A stretch of 64,000 bases of DNA, from assembly GCA_963704645.1 (NCBI GenBank), contig OY969926.1, positions 32,001-96,000 on the forward strand, written 5' to 3'. Position numbers and translations under genes: made by a program. The DNA comes from an uncultured bacterium (GTDB taxonomy: Bacteria > Patescibacteriota > JACMRA01). Of this stretch, positions 29,572 to 40,484 are shown piece by piece; positions within the stretch are counted from its first letter, which is position 1, and each line of letters opens with the position of its first letter. Under the pieces are notes generated by a model. That model made no database searches. It worked only from the letters and a program-made list of their open reading frames with translations, and had not been told where the DNA came from.

Positions 29572-30579
29572 ATTAAAATCAATTTAAGTAGGGCTTGTCT
29601 AATTGCCATTATAAGTTAGGCCTAAAATCAGTAATAATACCCCTAAATAAAGCTTTGCCTTTCTGTAAATACTTTTGCTTTATAATCCAGAAAGAAGAGA
29701 AGAGCTAAAAGGCCCTTTTATTCGTCAAGTTAGTAGTAGCACAAGATTAATAAGCTAATATCTGAGGTGAGGGTGTAAACTAAAAATATTTTTTACCAAC
29801 TTATGTAGCCTAATTGAATTATCTTTCTGCAAAACCCTATCCTGACAAAAAATTAATTATGCTATTATTACGAATAATGGATTTTATAAATCTATAAATT
29901 ATATGTTTTTTGGGGTTTTGGGCTAACCCACCCCTTCGCCTAAAAAAAGGTAATAATGCATATTTCTACCTTCTAAACCCCTTTATTTATCAATTCATTG
30001 ATTTATATCAATATAATAGACTGATAGACTATAAATTAATTTATAGATTAATGGTAATAAATTTATATGATCTATGGAATTAAGACAGAGCCATGAAGGA
30101 AAATAGCCATATTGTTGTATGATTAAAGGTTTATTCGATTGGTTTATGAATACTGTTATGCCACTTTATGCCTCTACAAAGTGGTTTGTGGGCATGTAAA
30201 TAAATTTCTGTAATAAATAAGCTAATTGATGTTGATAAAAAATTAATTTTGTTTATTGTCATTAATCTTCATCAATTTACATTACAAACTACCAAAGCCC
30301 TTTTAAGGTTGAATCTATCTTCGGGTAATAGTGTTGTAAATCTGATTCCTTAATTTCTTACATAAATTTTTCTTCAGATATTAGAAAATGTTATAGGCAT
30401 GTAGATATTAAGTAGCTTTATTTATCAAGTAATTCGAGCACTTCTTATATAGAGCGATCATTACTCGCATGGATATTAATCCTATTAATTTATAGTACTA
30501 ACTAACCCATTTTTCCTTTTTGACCATTCAACTTTTATGTGCAAGGTTATGGGAAATAGATGAATTAAAATAACTAACT

Positions 30580-31677
30580 ATGGAACAATATAAACCTATA
30601 ATTATAAGTCAGCCAAAAAATGAGATTGATACTCAATTTGATAGATACAAGTTTTTGGCTAGACTTGATCGCAGAGGACATGCAACCCCAAAAGAACGTT
30701 TAGAACGTTTGAAGCTAAGAAGCGAGTTAAGTGCAAAATTAACTAATGGTGGTGACGATGTCGATAAGATTATTGCTACTGCTAGTAATCCAAGGCTTTT
30801 TTTTGGTGAAACTTATTCTGAAAAAAGTGCCAGATTCGGAGATGGAAATGCTTTTGCTGGGAAAGGTAAAAAAGAAGCTGCTTTTATTGAAACTATTGCA
30901 TCAAGTTTTGAGATTGAAAAAATTATTGAAGAATTAACAGACAATCTAGCCCCTTTTAGTGTTGCTACACTAGTTTGCGGAAGTGCTGCATACTCCTTAT
31001 ACTACAACACAAGGATGGATTCAGATATTGACATTGTAGTTGCATTAGACACGGTAGACTACAGAATGTTCGACCTGGATGTGTTCGCAACACGTAAAGA
31101 TGGACTTTTAGAAAATTTCCATAAAATAAATGATGGCGAAATAGAAGATTTTGTAACTCGCCCAATTTACAAAAATAAAGGAGTAGCCTTTCATTTTATT
31201 AAAGCCAAGAGCATTGAAAAAGTATGTAACACTAATTTTTTTGAGGAAACTGATTCTAAATTTACTATTTACAAGTACAATAAGAGTAGATTTTCGAAAC
31301 TTATTGATACTGGTAGATACAGTTTTGATGGTTCGCAACATGAATGGCCTTCTTACGAGTCAACCGCAGAAAATGGTTTCCAAATAGACACACCCTTATT
31401 CAAGATAGATGAATTGGGACGCTTTGTCAGTAGTTCAGTAATTGATCGTTTTATGGTTTCTAAATTGGGCAAGGGAGAGATTGGATGGCTAGGAGATCAA
31501 CTTTACAACTTGAAAAGCAATTTAGTGAAACGACAGGTTCATGAAGAAGTAAATGGCATAATTAATTCAGATGACAGCAAACTTAGTAATTTATTTTCAA
31601 GACATGAGTATTTTTCAGATGAGTATTTAAAATATTGGGAAGAGGAAGAACTCAGTCTTCGTAAAATCATCATTTAG
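30580..31677 (+). CDS. Pol-beta-superfamily nucleotidyltransferase domain protein
   Basis: CGSAAY...DSDIDIVV (GS...DxD) signature. Confidence 0.7.
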   Translation: MEQYKPIIISQPKNEIDTQFDRYKFLARLDRRGHATPKERLERLKLRSELSAKLTNGGDDVDKIIATASNPRLFFGETYSEKSARFGDGNAFAGKGKKEAAFIETIASSFEIEKIIEELTDNLAPFSVATLVCGSAAYSLYYNTRMDSDIDIVVALDTVDYRMFDLDVFATRKDGLLENFHKINDGEIEDFVTRPIYKNKGVAFHFIKAKSIEKVCNTNFFEETDSKFTIYKYNKSRFSKLIDTGRYSFDGSQHEWPSYESTAENGFQIDTPLFKIDELGRFVSSSVIDRFMVSKLGKGEIGWLGDQLYNLKSNLVKRQVHEEVNGIINSDDSKLSNLFSRHEYFSDEYLKYWEEEELSLRKIII

Positions 31678-31680
31678 TCT

Positions 31681-32940
31681 ATGGCTATAAATCAATTTGA
31701 TAACCTTATTCAAGATAGCGGAATGGTAAAAATGATGAAAGATTTAATTCACACTTTAAAATCGCCTACCTCGATTGTTAGTAATTTAAGTGTTGGTAAT
31801 CCAGCTTCATTATCTGAAGTAGATAATTTGTGGTTAAGATCATTGCAAAAGTTGATGGATGGAAATGAAATAATTAGTTTACTAACAAAGTATGGTTCGT
31901 CTCGTGGCTATTTACCATTGCTAGAATCAATTATTAAATTGTTTAATGATGAATATGGGACTAAGCTTACTATAGACAATATTGCTGTTGGTGCGGGCAG
32001 CCAGTCAATTTATTTTTTTCTACTTAATAGATTTTCTGGCCATTCAGTAGACGGCTATAAAAAGAAGATTTTATTACCAATGCTACCTGAATATATTGGT
32101 TATCAGAGTCTATTATTAGACAAAAATAGCATCATTGGTATTCAGCCAATAATTGTTTTAAACAATTCCTCTAACTGCTTTGAGTACTTTCTGAACAAGG
32201 AGCAATTAAATATTAATAAGGAAATTGGCTGTATTGTTATATCAAGACCGGCAAATCCTACTGGTAAAATAATTTCAGGTGAGGACTTGAATTATATATT
32301 AGATGAAGCTGAGAAATTGGAAATACCAGTTATCATTGATTCTGCTTATAGCGAGCCTTTTCCCTCAATAAATATTGTGCCAACTAAGCCTATAATTCGT
32401 AAAAATGTTATAAATACTTACAGCGCTTCAAAAGCAGGAATGCCTGGAGAAAGAGTAGGTATTATAGTTGGAGATCCAGATATAATTAACCAATTTATTA
32501 ATTTCCAAACTAATACAATGATGCATTCTTCTGTTTTGGGACAGGCTATACTTGCAAAGGGTTTAGAATCTAATGAAATTTTTGATGTTTCTAAAGAAAC
32601 CATAGGACCATATTATTTTTCTGTAGCTAACAAAGTTATTGATCTGTTAAATAAATCCAAAGAACTGCATGATATTCCTTGGAGATACCACAAATACGAA
32701 GGTGGCATATTTTTGTGGCTTTGGTTTGAACATTTACCCATCAATGACTTTCAACTTTATCAAGAATTAAAAGAAGAAGGGTTGTTAGTGGTACCTGGAA
32801 ATAGTTTTTTTTATAGTTCGTCAAACTGGAATCATGCTCAGCAATGTATTCGGATAAGTCTATCTGCACCACAAAAAGAAATTTTTACTGGAATAAATAT
32901 TTTAACAAAATCAATCAAGAAAATATATGAAAATAAATGA
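31681..32940 (+). CDS. PLP-dependent class I/II aminotransferase, AvtA-like
   Basis: LSVGNPA, GSQS..F.L.N.FSG, PEYIGY, SRPANPTG, DSAY and SKAGMPGERVG. Confidence 0.88.
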   Translation: MAINQFDNLIQDSGMVKMMKDLIHTLKSPTSIVSNLSVGNPASLSEVDNLWLRSLQKLMDGNEIISLLTKYGSSRGYLPLLESIIKLFNDEYGTKLTIDNIAVGAGSQSIYFFLLNRFSGHSVDGYKKKILLPMLPEYIGYQSLLLDKNSIIGIQPIIVLNNSSNCFEYFLNKEQLNINKEIGCIVISRPANPTGKIISGEDLNYILDEAEKLEIPVIIDSAYSEPFPSINIVPTKPIIRKNVINTYSASKAGMPGERVGIIVGDPDIINQFINFQTNTMMHSSVLGQAILAKGLESNEIFDVSKETIGPYYFSVANKVIDLLNKSKELHDIPWRYHKYEGGIFLWLWFEHLPINDFQLYQELKEEGLLVVPGNSFFYSSSNWNHAQQCIRISLSAPQKEIFTGINILTKSIKKIYENK

Positions 32941-35482
32941 TAAAGATCTGCTAAGTAATCTTAATAAAATTGCAAAACCTCTGTATTCAACATCAATCAT
33001 TGACGCAAGTTCATTTGGGAGAAAGGCGGCATATTTGGGCGAGCTGATAAGTAATGGTGTCAATGTCCCAGAAGGTATTTGCCTAGACAAATCTGTTTAC
33101 AGTTTTTTTAAAAGCCAAGGGATTTTACCTGATTCCTTGATAAACGATATCAAGGAGTATGGCTCTAATAATACACAAATGGCAGTTCGTAGTTCTGCCA
33201 CCTGTGAAGACTCAGAAGAAGAAACTTTAGCAGGTTTATTCAACACCTATTATGCTTATAGTTCACAGGATATCTTAAATTCTATACAAAAAATTTATGA
33301 GGGAGCAAATTCTATTGAAACATTGGAGTCCTTATCGGTTTATGGTATAGACGATAATAATGTTGAATTAGGTGTTATTATTCAGAATCTAATTGAACCT
33401 AGCATTTCTGGAGTAATTTATAACAAATGGTTAAACAACATTTCTTTAGTACAGTACGTTGAGGGCTTTGGTAACAAGCTGGTTGATGGTGAGTTGAATG
33501 GCTACTCAATTATTTTAGACTCAAATGGTAAAATACAAGATTCCTCTGGCTTTGATATTCTAAGTATTGAGGAAAGAATAATTAAACAAATAAATGAGCA
33601 AATTAGAAAAATTAGAAAAATTGATTCTTTTAAAGGAAAAGATATTGATATTGAGTTTGCAGTGTCTAAAACAAATAATATTCTTTACATATTGCAATGC
33701 AGGGTTGTAAATAATCTGCCACCTAGTTTTGACATTGAAGAAAGTGACGAAGGAGTTATTAATTTAATTAAAAGAAGGGTGGCGATTCTTTCGCAAAATG
33801 AAAAAGCAACGATAGGTATTAAGAGCCCTATTTTTTCAAAATCAAATCATAGTGAATTATTACCTTCATCAAAAGAAATGGATGTAGGAATTTTTCAATA
33901 TATTTTTAGTGGATATGAATCAAACCCTGGAGCTATACAAATAGGGAGAAAAGAGATGGGCTATATTTTAGACGAAAGAGCCAATGGGTTAACTTACTTC
34001 ATTGGCGGAGATGCTTACATCTCTATTGCAAAAGACTCACTATCTTACTATATAGGCTTTCCAGACTCAATCGATAGCTACATTGAACAATTGGTAAATA
34101 ATTATTTAAAACAAATTTCTGATAACCATGAACTAGGACACTACCCACAAATGGGTTTATATCTTCAAGAGCCAACAATGCATGAACTAGAGGGTTTATT
34201 TAATGATAAAGCAAGCGAGTACTATGAAATATCTCAGGAATTTAATTTACATTTAGGTAAAATAGCTAAGGTATTTGAAGATGATTACAATAATAAATAT
34301 AAGCCCCAACTAGATTTATTTTTAGATTCTGTTACTGTAAAGATTAATAAAGAAGATGATTCAGAAAAGTTGGTTAGTTTAATTGATCAAGTTTTGTATA
34401 ATTTAAAAAATCACTCGTGCGTGTATTTCGTTATAGCTGCACGGCTTGGTTTTTATTTCACGCAAAAACTAAGGAAGTCCCTACACCATTCAGGAATGGA
34501 TCAAAACTCAATAGATAACTACTTTAGTCTTTTTGTTCAAGGTCTAGATAATAGTGAATTTACAAGATCAAATCTTATAATTGCCGCTTCCGCCAACATA
34601 GCTGAAGCTTCTAGCATAGCATTGAAAGTTATCGGCCATTACAGCACAGGCGAAATGTTGGAAATTCACCCTCCGAGAATTTCTGAATCTTCTAGTGAGC
34701 TTAAATCTTATGTAGAAAGTATTTATAACAGTAATTACATTGAGACTTTTAATACACAAGTTAAAGAGAGAGAAGTTGCTGAATTAGAGATTGTAAATAA
34801 GATTGATGACCTAGGTTTAACTGAAATAATAAAGTTTACCCAAAGGTACATGGGGTTAAGGGAAACTATTAAATACAATTTTGTTAAAGAATATGGAATA
34901 ATTAGACAGTGTTTAGTAAAATTAGAAAAGAATTTCAACCTGCACCAAGGAGATATATTTTATTTATACCCTTGGGAGATAAGTACTTTATTACAGAATC
35001 AAAGTGAATTTACTCATATAATTAAGTACAGAAAAAGACTGCATGATAAATTTAAAAAGGTAAATATGCCTTTTATTATTGATGCAAACAATTTAGATAA
35101 TATTAAGTTTAATTTTTCCATTGTTAATGAACAGGGCAGCCATACAGGTGTATTGGTATCGAAGGGTAAAAATATCGAAGGAATGATAGTTAACAAGAAA
35201 GACTTTATTAGTAATTCAGAAATCAGCGATTATATTAAAGAATTAAAAAGCCAAGGAATAAATGTTATTTTAACGTCAAATCAATTAAGTATAGGTGATG
35301 ATCCTCTTATTGTTTCAAGCGATGCAATACTACTTGGTAAATCTGGTTTTGTTTCGCATGGTTCTCAAAGAGCTAGAGAATTGGGCAAAGGAGCACTGTC
35401 AGGTCTGCCAATTGAATTGTTTACTACTGGATGTTACGTAAGTATAGATTTTAAATCAAAAATAGCAAGAATTTTAAAATAA
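32927..35482 (+). CDS. PEP-utilising dikinase (PPDK_N ATP-grasp + helical domain + phospho-His domain; rifampin-phosphotransferase-like layout)
   Basis: GRKAAYL, AVRSSATCED, LAGLFNT, DIEFA, ILQCR; C-terminal SHGSQRARELG. Confidence 0.85.
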   Translation: MKINDKDLLSNLNKIAKPLYSTSIIDASSFGRKAAYLGELISNGVNVPEGICLDKSVYSFFKSQGILPDSLINDIKEYGSNNTQMAVRSSATCEDSEEETLAGLFNTYYAYSSQDILNSIQKIYEGANSIETLESLSVYGIDDNNVELGVIIQNLIEPSISGVIYNKWLNNISLVQYVEGFGNKLVDGELNGYSIILDSNGKIQDSSGFDILSIEERIIKQINEQIRKIRKIDSFKGKDIDIEFAVSKTNNILYILQCRVVNNLPPSFDIEESDEGVINLIKRRVAILSQNEKATIGIKSPIFSKSNHSELLPSSKEMDVGIFQYIFSGYESNPGAIQIGRKEMGYILDERANGLTYFIGGDAYISIAKDSLSYYIGFPDSIDSYIEQLVNNYLKQISDNHELGHYPQMGLYLQEPTMHELEGLFNDKASEYYEISQEFNLHLGKIAKVFEDDYNNKYKPQLDLFLDSVTVKINKEDDSEKLVSLIDQVLYNLKNHSCVYFVIAARLGFYFTQKLRKSLHHSGMDQNSIDNYFSLFVQGLDNSEFTRSNLIIAASANIAEASSIALKVIGHYSTGEMLEIHPPRISESSSELKSYVESIYNSNYIETFNTQVKEREVAELEIVNKIDDLGLTEIIKFTQRYMGLRETIKYNFVKEYGIIRQCLVKLEKNFNLHQGDIFYLYPWEISTLLQNQSEFTHIIKYRKRLHDKFKKVNMPFIIDANNLDNIKFNFSIVNEQGSHTGVLVSKGKNIEGMIVNKKDFISNSEISDYIKELKSQGINVILTSNQLSIGDDPLIVSSDAILLGKSGFVSHGSQRARELGKGALSGLPIELFTTGCYVSIDFKSKIARILK

Positions 35483-35486
35483 ACAT

Positions 35487-36446
35487 ATGACTGAAAACAT
35501 TGACCAGATCTTAAAATACTACCAAATTAATGAGCTAGACTCTACTGAGTCTGTTACTATTAAACATTTTCATGGCTTAGCCAAACATAATATAAAAAGA
35601 CTATCATCAGTTGTAGATTCAAAAGACTTGGTAAAGATAATTAAGGGTGAATTATCTTTTGAAGATTCCCACAGGATTTCAGCTGTTATTGAGAATAAAA
35701 TTTTCTCGACTATAGAATTAGATGAACACAAACTAGTTGATCATTTTAACTCACCTGACTCAATACATTTGTCTGAATTAGGGATACTAAATATAGAGAA
35801 ACAGATTAAGGGTAAGCAAACAGCAATTGAAAAGCTTCTTTCTCAAAGAGATTTGGGATTATTTTTAGTAAGACCAGAAGCCTATCATCTTATTGAAAGA
35901 ATAAAAATTATATTGGAATCAAACGGACTTAGAATAATTCTATCAAAGAAAACGGAAGTAAATTCAGAACAATATTGGGCTTTGTGCAATGAAAGGCTTG
36001 TGGACTCTAGAACCAATATACATGTTAGATCTAGGGCTTTTGGCTACGTAAATAAACCATTGTACCTATTTGTTTTTGAGCGTGGTGATAATTGTTTAAT
36101 TGAAAGCAATAAACCACTTTCTGATTCTCTAAAAGTTATTAAAGGTATTGCTGGATATTATCAAAAAGGTACAATAAGAGGAGATCTACTTTACGAGTCT
36201 CTTCATTCTTATTTTTATGGTGATAATGCCAGATTGTCTCGTTTGGCTGAACTTGCGCTTGACCCTATAAAAATATATGAAACATTATCTCAAGACACAA
36301 ATGTTTTCTATCAAAAAAATGTACTTTATAAAAGGCTAGCTTCACTACCTGGGGTACACTCCCCTGAAAGCCATGAACTGGTAAAAGATATATCTTGCCT
36401 AATGAGCAAATCTGATATTGAGCTTCTCTTGCATCCAATGCCCTAA
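35487..36446 (+). CDS. Nucleoside-diphosphate-kinase-like protein
   Basis: LFLVRPEA, KG...GTIRGD and GVHSPES equivalents of the NDK motifs. Confidence 0.7.
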   Translation: MTENIDQILKYYQINELDSTESVTIKHFHGLAKHNIKRLSSVVDSKDLVKIIKGELSFEDSHRISAVIENKIFSTIELDEHKLVDHFNSPDSIHLSELGILNIEKQIKGKQTAIEKLLSQRDLGLFLVRPEAYHLIERIKIILESNGLRIILSKKTEVNSEQYWALCNERLVDSRTNIHVRSRAFGYVNKPLYLFVFERGDNCLIESNKPLSDSLKVIKGIAGYYQKGTIRGDLLYESLHSYFYGDNARLSRLAELALDPIKIYETLSQDTNVFYQKNVLYKRLASLPGVHSPESHELVKDISCLMSKSDIELLLHPMP

Positions 36447-36447
36447 A

Positions 36448-37173
36448 ATGACAAAAAACATTTATTCATACTTGGCTTACCGTGACTACCAAAATTCGGG
36501 CAGTCCTTATTCAGCATTGATTACAAACAATGCTATAGATGTAGCTCTTGATAGAATATTAAAACCTCATGATGTAACCCATCACTTCATATCTGGCTTT
36601 CTCGACGAGCTAGGAATTAATATACTTGGGAAGACAATACCTCAAGCAAGTATTTTAAACGAAATTATAACGATAGCTTTAACCTTAATTACTATCCCAA
36701 CTTATGCCAAAGTAAGAATGGACAGGATAACAAAGAAATTTAATTTAGATAGGATTTCTTCAGAAGATAGTCTTATCTATTATGAGAGAAAGTGCGTAGA
36801 ACTTTTCACACTGAAATACTTAGCTCGGACAATATCTGATTTTAAAGGTTTAGATTATATGATTGATGAAGGTAGAAAAATAATTTATGATCAATTTTCT
36901 GATTTGGAAAATCAAATTATTACATTACAAGAAATTTTTGATATATCAATAGATCTTTCCAAAAAAATAATTCACATTGAACCACAAAGAATTAATAGTT
37001 GGAACGAGATTGCGAATAAACATATATATTGGTTCAACGGCAAAGGCAATAATAAATTCTCCATTGCGATGACAGCGAACCAAAGCTCATTATATGGTAA
37101 ATATACAGATTACGATAAATATTCTAACTCTCTAAACCAAAAAGTTCAATTTATTAGTAAATACTTAATTTAG
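36448..37173 (+). CDS. Hypothetical protein
   Basis: ATG 1 nt after the NDK-like stop; helical; no motif recognised. Confidence 0.7.
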   Translation: MTKNIYSYLAYRDYQNSGSPYSALITNNAIDVALDRILKPHDVTHHFISGFLDELGINILGKTIPQASILNEIITIALTLITIPTYAKVRMDRITKKFNLDRISSEDSLIYYERKCVELFTLKYLARTISDFKGLDYMIDEGRKIIYDQFSDLENQIITLQEIFDISIDLSKKIIHIEPQRINSWNEIANKHIYWFNGKGNNKFSIAMTANQSSLYGKYTDYDKYSNSLNQKVQFISKYLI

Positions 37174-37223
37174 TCATGGTTTATATATTTGACATTAATT
37201 TACAGATCTAAATCTAATATCTT

Positions 37224-37667
37224 ATGCCAAAGCCAACTGATCCAAAAAAGTGGACACACATGTTCACAGATGACATCAAATTTTCTCAAAAAGCTATAAT
37301 ACTTCACCCCTCTGATGAAACTTTTTTAGTGCTTCAAAGATCTTTAAGCTCCAAAACACACCCAGGATATTGGGACTTTGCTGGTGGCAACGTTTTATAT
37401 GGAGATTCTTCCAAAAATTCCTTGCTAAGTGAAGTTAAAGAAGAAACAGGACTATCAATAACAAACGATTTAACACCCTTAGTCGTTGACGGGAAAATGC
37501 GAGAAGAAAATGGATTTTACCGAATCTTTGTTGGATATTTAACAAAAGCCTTGGAGGATAATGTTACCATTAGCCATGAACATATTGATTATAAGTGGGT
37601 ATCAAAAGATGAATTTATGCTGCTTGAAACTGTAGACATACTCAAAGAAATGGTGAAAAAAATATAG
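37224..37667 (+). CDS. Nudix hydrolase
   Basis: WDFAGGNV.YGD...SEVKEETGL Nudix box; EHIDYKWV. Confidence 0.88.
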   Translation: MPKPTDPKKWTHMFTDDIKFSQKAIILHPSDETFLVLQRSLSSKTHPGYWDFAGGNVLYGDSSKNSLLSEVKEETGLSITNDLTPLVVDGKMREENGFYRIFVGYLTKALEDNVTISHEHIDYKWVSKDEFMLLETVDILKEMVKKI

Positions 37668-37705
37668 GGTATATCATTTTGATACGCCCTATTTTAGATG
37701 AACTA

Positions 37706-38395
37706 CTAGAGTTTTGTATTCCATCCTTTTAACGTCCACCCCATTTCATCATAAGAAGAAATGAAAGCTGCAGTGCTATCCAAATCAAGGTATCTTACAC
37801 TTTGAGTGTTGTAACCAAGAATGTAGTGAAAGAAGCACTTAATCACTTTTGCATGAGTAACAATAAGAATATTAGACACCTCATGTGTTTCGCTTTGTTT
37901 AGACAAGACATCTTCCAGCCATCCAGATGCTCTTCTTTCGATCATTTGCTGTGATTCACCATTTGGCGGTTGAAAAAAATAGCCTCTAGCCCTAATTAGA
38001 GCTTTTACCTCTGGTAAATAAGTTTGTTTTTTATCGCACCCTTCCCAGTCGCCCTGATCAATTGGATTAATTTCAGCAACTTTAAGCACTTTATTGCTTA
38101 TAACGCTGTCGACCTTCCCAAGCTCAGAAATGATGATTTCAGCACTCCTAATTGCTCTTAGTGCCTCAGAGCTGTAAATTTGATTAAAGACAATACCAAG
38201 GCTGGCAAGTTTTTTCCCAATAGATTCTGCTTGAGAAATACCCAATGATGTTAGGTCTGACTCAAGACGCTTTCCTAAAATTACATCTTTTACTAAATGA
38301 TCAGTATCACTTTGTCCGTGACGAACCATATAGACATTAATAAGGAATTTTTTCACTATCTTGTCATTATTAAAAGAACTTTTAAGAGATAACAT
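37706..38395 (-). CDS. Histidine phosphatase family protein
   Basis: VRHGQS, SSEALRA, GES and VTH. Confidence 0.9.
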   Translation of the reverse strand: MLSLKSSFNNDKIVKKFLINVYMVRHGQSDTDHLVKDVILGKRLESDLTSLGISQAESIGKKLASLGIVFNQIYSSEALRAIRSAEIIISELGKVDSVISNKVLKVAEINPIDQGDWEGCDKKQTYLPEVKALIRARGYFFQPPNGESQQMIERRASGWLEDVLSKQSETHEVSNILIVTHAKVIKCFFHYILGYNTQSVRYLDLDSTAAFISSYDEMGWTLKGWNTKL

Positions 38396-38451
38396 AAATT
38401 TTTCATAAAGTAAAGCTTGACCTCCCGCATTTTAGTAGAAATTATTTATTA

Positions 38452-39225
38452 ATGATAATACAATCTTTTGATTGGAACAATAATGTAAACGAAAGTAATA
38501 GCATAACTAGTGAGTCTATTAGAGAATTATTTAGTTGTAAGATAGCTCTTATAGTAGTTAAAGATTTTTACACGAATAATGAGTTAAGTGAGTTAAATGA
38601 CAAAATATCTACTGAAAAAATAAGGTGGATTGTCAGGCATACTAGAATGGGACGGTTTGGACTAACAGCTCGAGAACAGCGAAAATTGCTGGCTGAAGAC
38701 AAAGGTGATATTATAGATCAAGTACGAGCAGAATTAAATACTGCGTTAGGAGAAAGATTTGTAGAGAGAATAAAGCAAATATTTAATATTTTTGCCCCTA
38801 CAGAATTAAAAACAGAACAAAATTTTATTTACGCAGCACCTATTATCCGATATTTTCCATATGCTGACTACCATACTGATTTTGTACCTCAACAAGATAA
38901 GGATTGGAACTTTCCAGATATAATCAAGCAATTCTCTGTAAACTTACATTTAAGCGACCACATTGGTAATGAAGGATCTCTCAGGTTGGCAAAACGAGAG
39001 TATGATTATGACGATGATAAATATGCAATTGGCGACTTTGGCTATTCAGAAGAAATAGTTAAAGGCTATAAATTAGTTTCTTATATCCCAAAAAAAGGTG
39101 ATCTAGTAATAATCAATACTCAGAACTACCATTGTTTCACGCAGTCATCCAATCTTATTGAAATGATTGGTTTGTTTGGAGCTTTGACGAAATCAGACTC
39201 GGAGCATATTTATTTGTGGCCATAA
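38452..39225 (+). CDS. 2OG-Fe(II) oxygenase superfamily protein
   Basis: HTD...QFSVNLHL...GDLVIINTQNYH (HxD...H triad). Confidence 0.75.
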   Translation: MIIQSFDWNNNVNESNSITSESIRELFSCKIALIVVKDFYTNNELSELNDKISTEKIRWIVRHTRMGRFGLTAREQRKLLAEDKGDIIDQVRAELNTALGERFVERIKQIFNIFAPTELKTEQNFIYAAPIIRYFPYADYHTDFVPQQDKDWNFPDIIKQFSVNLHLSDHIGNEGSLRLAKREYDYDDDKYAIGDFGYSEEIVKGYKLVSYIPKKGDLVIINTQNYHCFTQSSNLIEMIGLFGALTKSDSEHIYLWP

Positions 39226-39226
39226 T

Positions 39227-39850
39227 ATGATTAAACTTTACCTAGTAAGACATGGAGAGTCCGTAATTAATTTAAATAGCAAGACATTTGGGAGTGGATC
39301 TCAAGGGGGTTTAACACACACTGGTGTAGATCAAGCACAAAAAACAGGTGAATGGTTTAAACAGGAAAATATACATTTAGATTACTTTATCACCTCACCC
39401 TATGAAAGAGCCGAAAGTACAATAAATATTATTTTAAAAACTTTAAATTTTGATATTAATAAAGTAATAATTGACCCTTCGCTTTCTGAATGGAATAGAG
39501 GAAGATATTCAGCAATGCCAAAAAGTGAAGCCTGCGATTTGTTGGGAATAAAAAAAAGGGGAGATCTTGGGGCTTGGTTTAATCTGGAAGAGGGTGAGTC
39601 CATTAAACTAATGCAGGCTCGTTTTATAATTTGGATGAATGAAATTACAAACAAATACTATAAAGATGATGTATCAGTTCTAGTTATAACCCATGGTCAT
39701 TTTTTAAAATTTGGGCTTATGTCTATTTTCAACACGCCTGATAATATGCAGAAACTTATAAAAATTAATAACTGTGGGATAACACGTATTGATTTTGTAA
39801 ATAATGAGTGGATTCCTGGAATGATGAATTTTACTGATCACTTAGATTAA
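39227..39850 (+). CDS. Histidine phosphatase family protein
   Basis: LVRHGES, TSPYERA, GES and ITHG. Confidence 0.9.
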   Translation: MIKLYLVRHGESVINLNSKTFGSGSQGGLTHTGVDQAQKTGEWFKQENIHLDYFITSPYERAESTINIILKTLNFDINKVIIDPSLSEWNRGRYSAMPKSEACDLLGIKKRGDLGAWFNLEEGESIKLMQARFIIWMNEITNKYYKDDVSVLVITHGHFLKFGLMSIFNTPDNMQKLIKINNCGITRIDFVNNEWIPGMMNFTDHLD

Positions 39851-39884
39851 ATTTTAGCCTAAAATTGTATTTTCTAACTCACTT

Positions 39885-40412
39885 ATGCTCGGACCAAAAA
39901 TTATAGTAGATAGCAATATTACTTTACGTGAATTTCAGAAAGATGATACGTTGCTTTGTCTTAAGTGGAATAACGATATAGACTCTCAAAAGTACATGCC
40001 TGAACCTTTTGAAGTTAGAACAATTTTAGATGAGAATGAGTTTTTAGAAGAAGCAACCAAAGAAGAAGATGGTATTTACTGGACTATTGAAGACAGCGCT
40101 ACTTCAACACCAATAGGAATAGTTTCTGTTACTGAAATAAGCCAGCATCACGGGCTTGGTGAGATTGGTATTATTATTGGCGAAAAAGCCTATCACAGTA
40201 AAGGTATTGCAAGTAAGGTAATTGCAGGTGTTTTAGACTATTGTAAAAGTAATGGTTTAAGAAGAATAACCGCAGAATATGAAGAAGGAAACATTGGTAT
40301 GCAAAAAGCCTTGGAAAAAAATAGTTTTATTTTGGAGGCTAAATGCATTGATTCCAGAGTAAAGAATAGTCTTCCAATTAATACTTTTAGATATTATAAG
40401 TTGATTGATTAG
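39885..40412 (+). CDS. GNAT acetyltransferase (RimJ/RimL-like)
   Basis: EIGIIIGEK.YHSKGIA and NIGMQKALEKNSF. Confidence 0.88.
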   Translation: MLGPKIIVDSNITLREFQKDDTLLCLKWNNDIDSQKYMPEPFEVRTILDENEFLEEATKEEDGIYWTIEDSATSTPIGIVSVTEISQHHGLGEIGIIIGEKAYHSKGIASKVIAGVLDYCKSNGLRRITAEYEEGNIGMQKALEKNSFILEAKCIDSRVKNSLPINTFRYYKLID

Positions 40413-40484
40413 AGTAATTATAGTTTAGGTAATAGCCCCCAGCCAATTTACATAATATAATAAAAGTCTTTGTTTAATCAATAT

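Noticed and set aside
32927-35482. Calling the dikinase ppsA or rph
   Set aside because: It lacks the C-terminal PEP-binding barrel of PpsA, and its middle domain is too divergent to claim rifampin specificity
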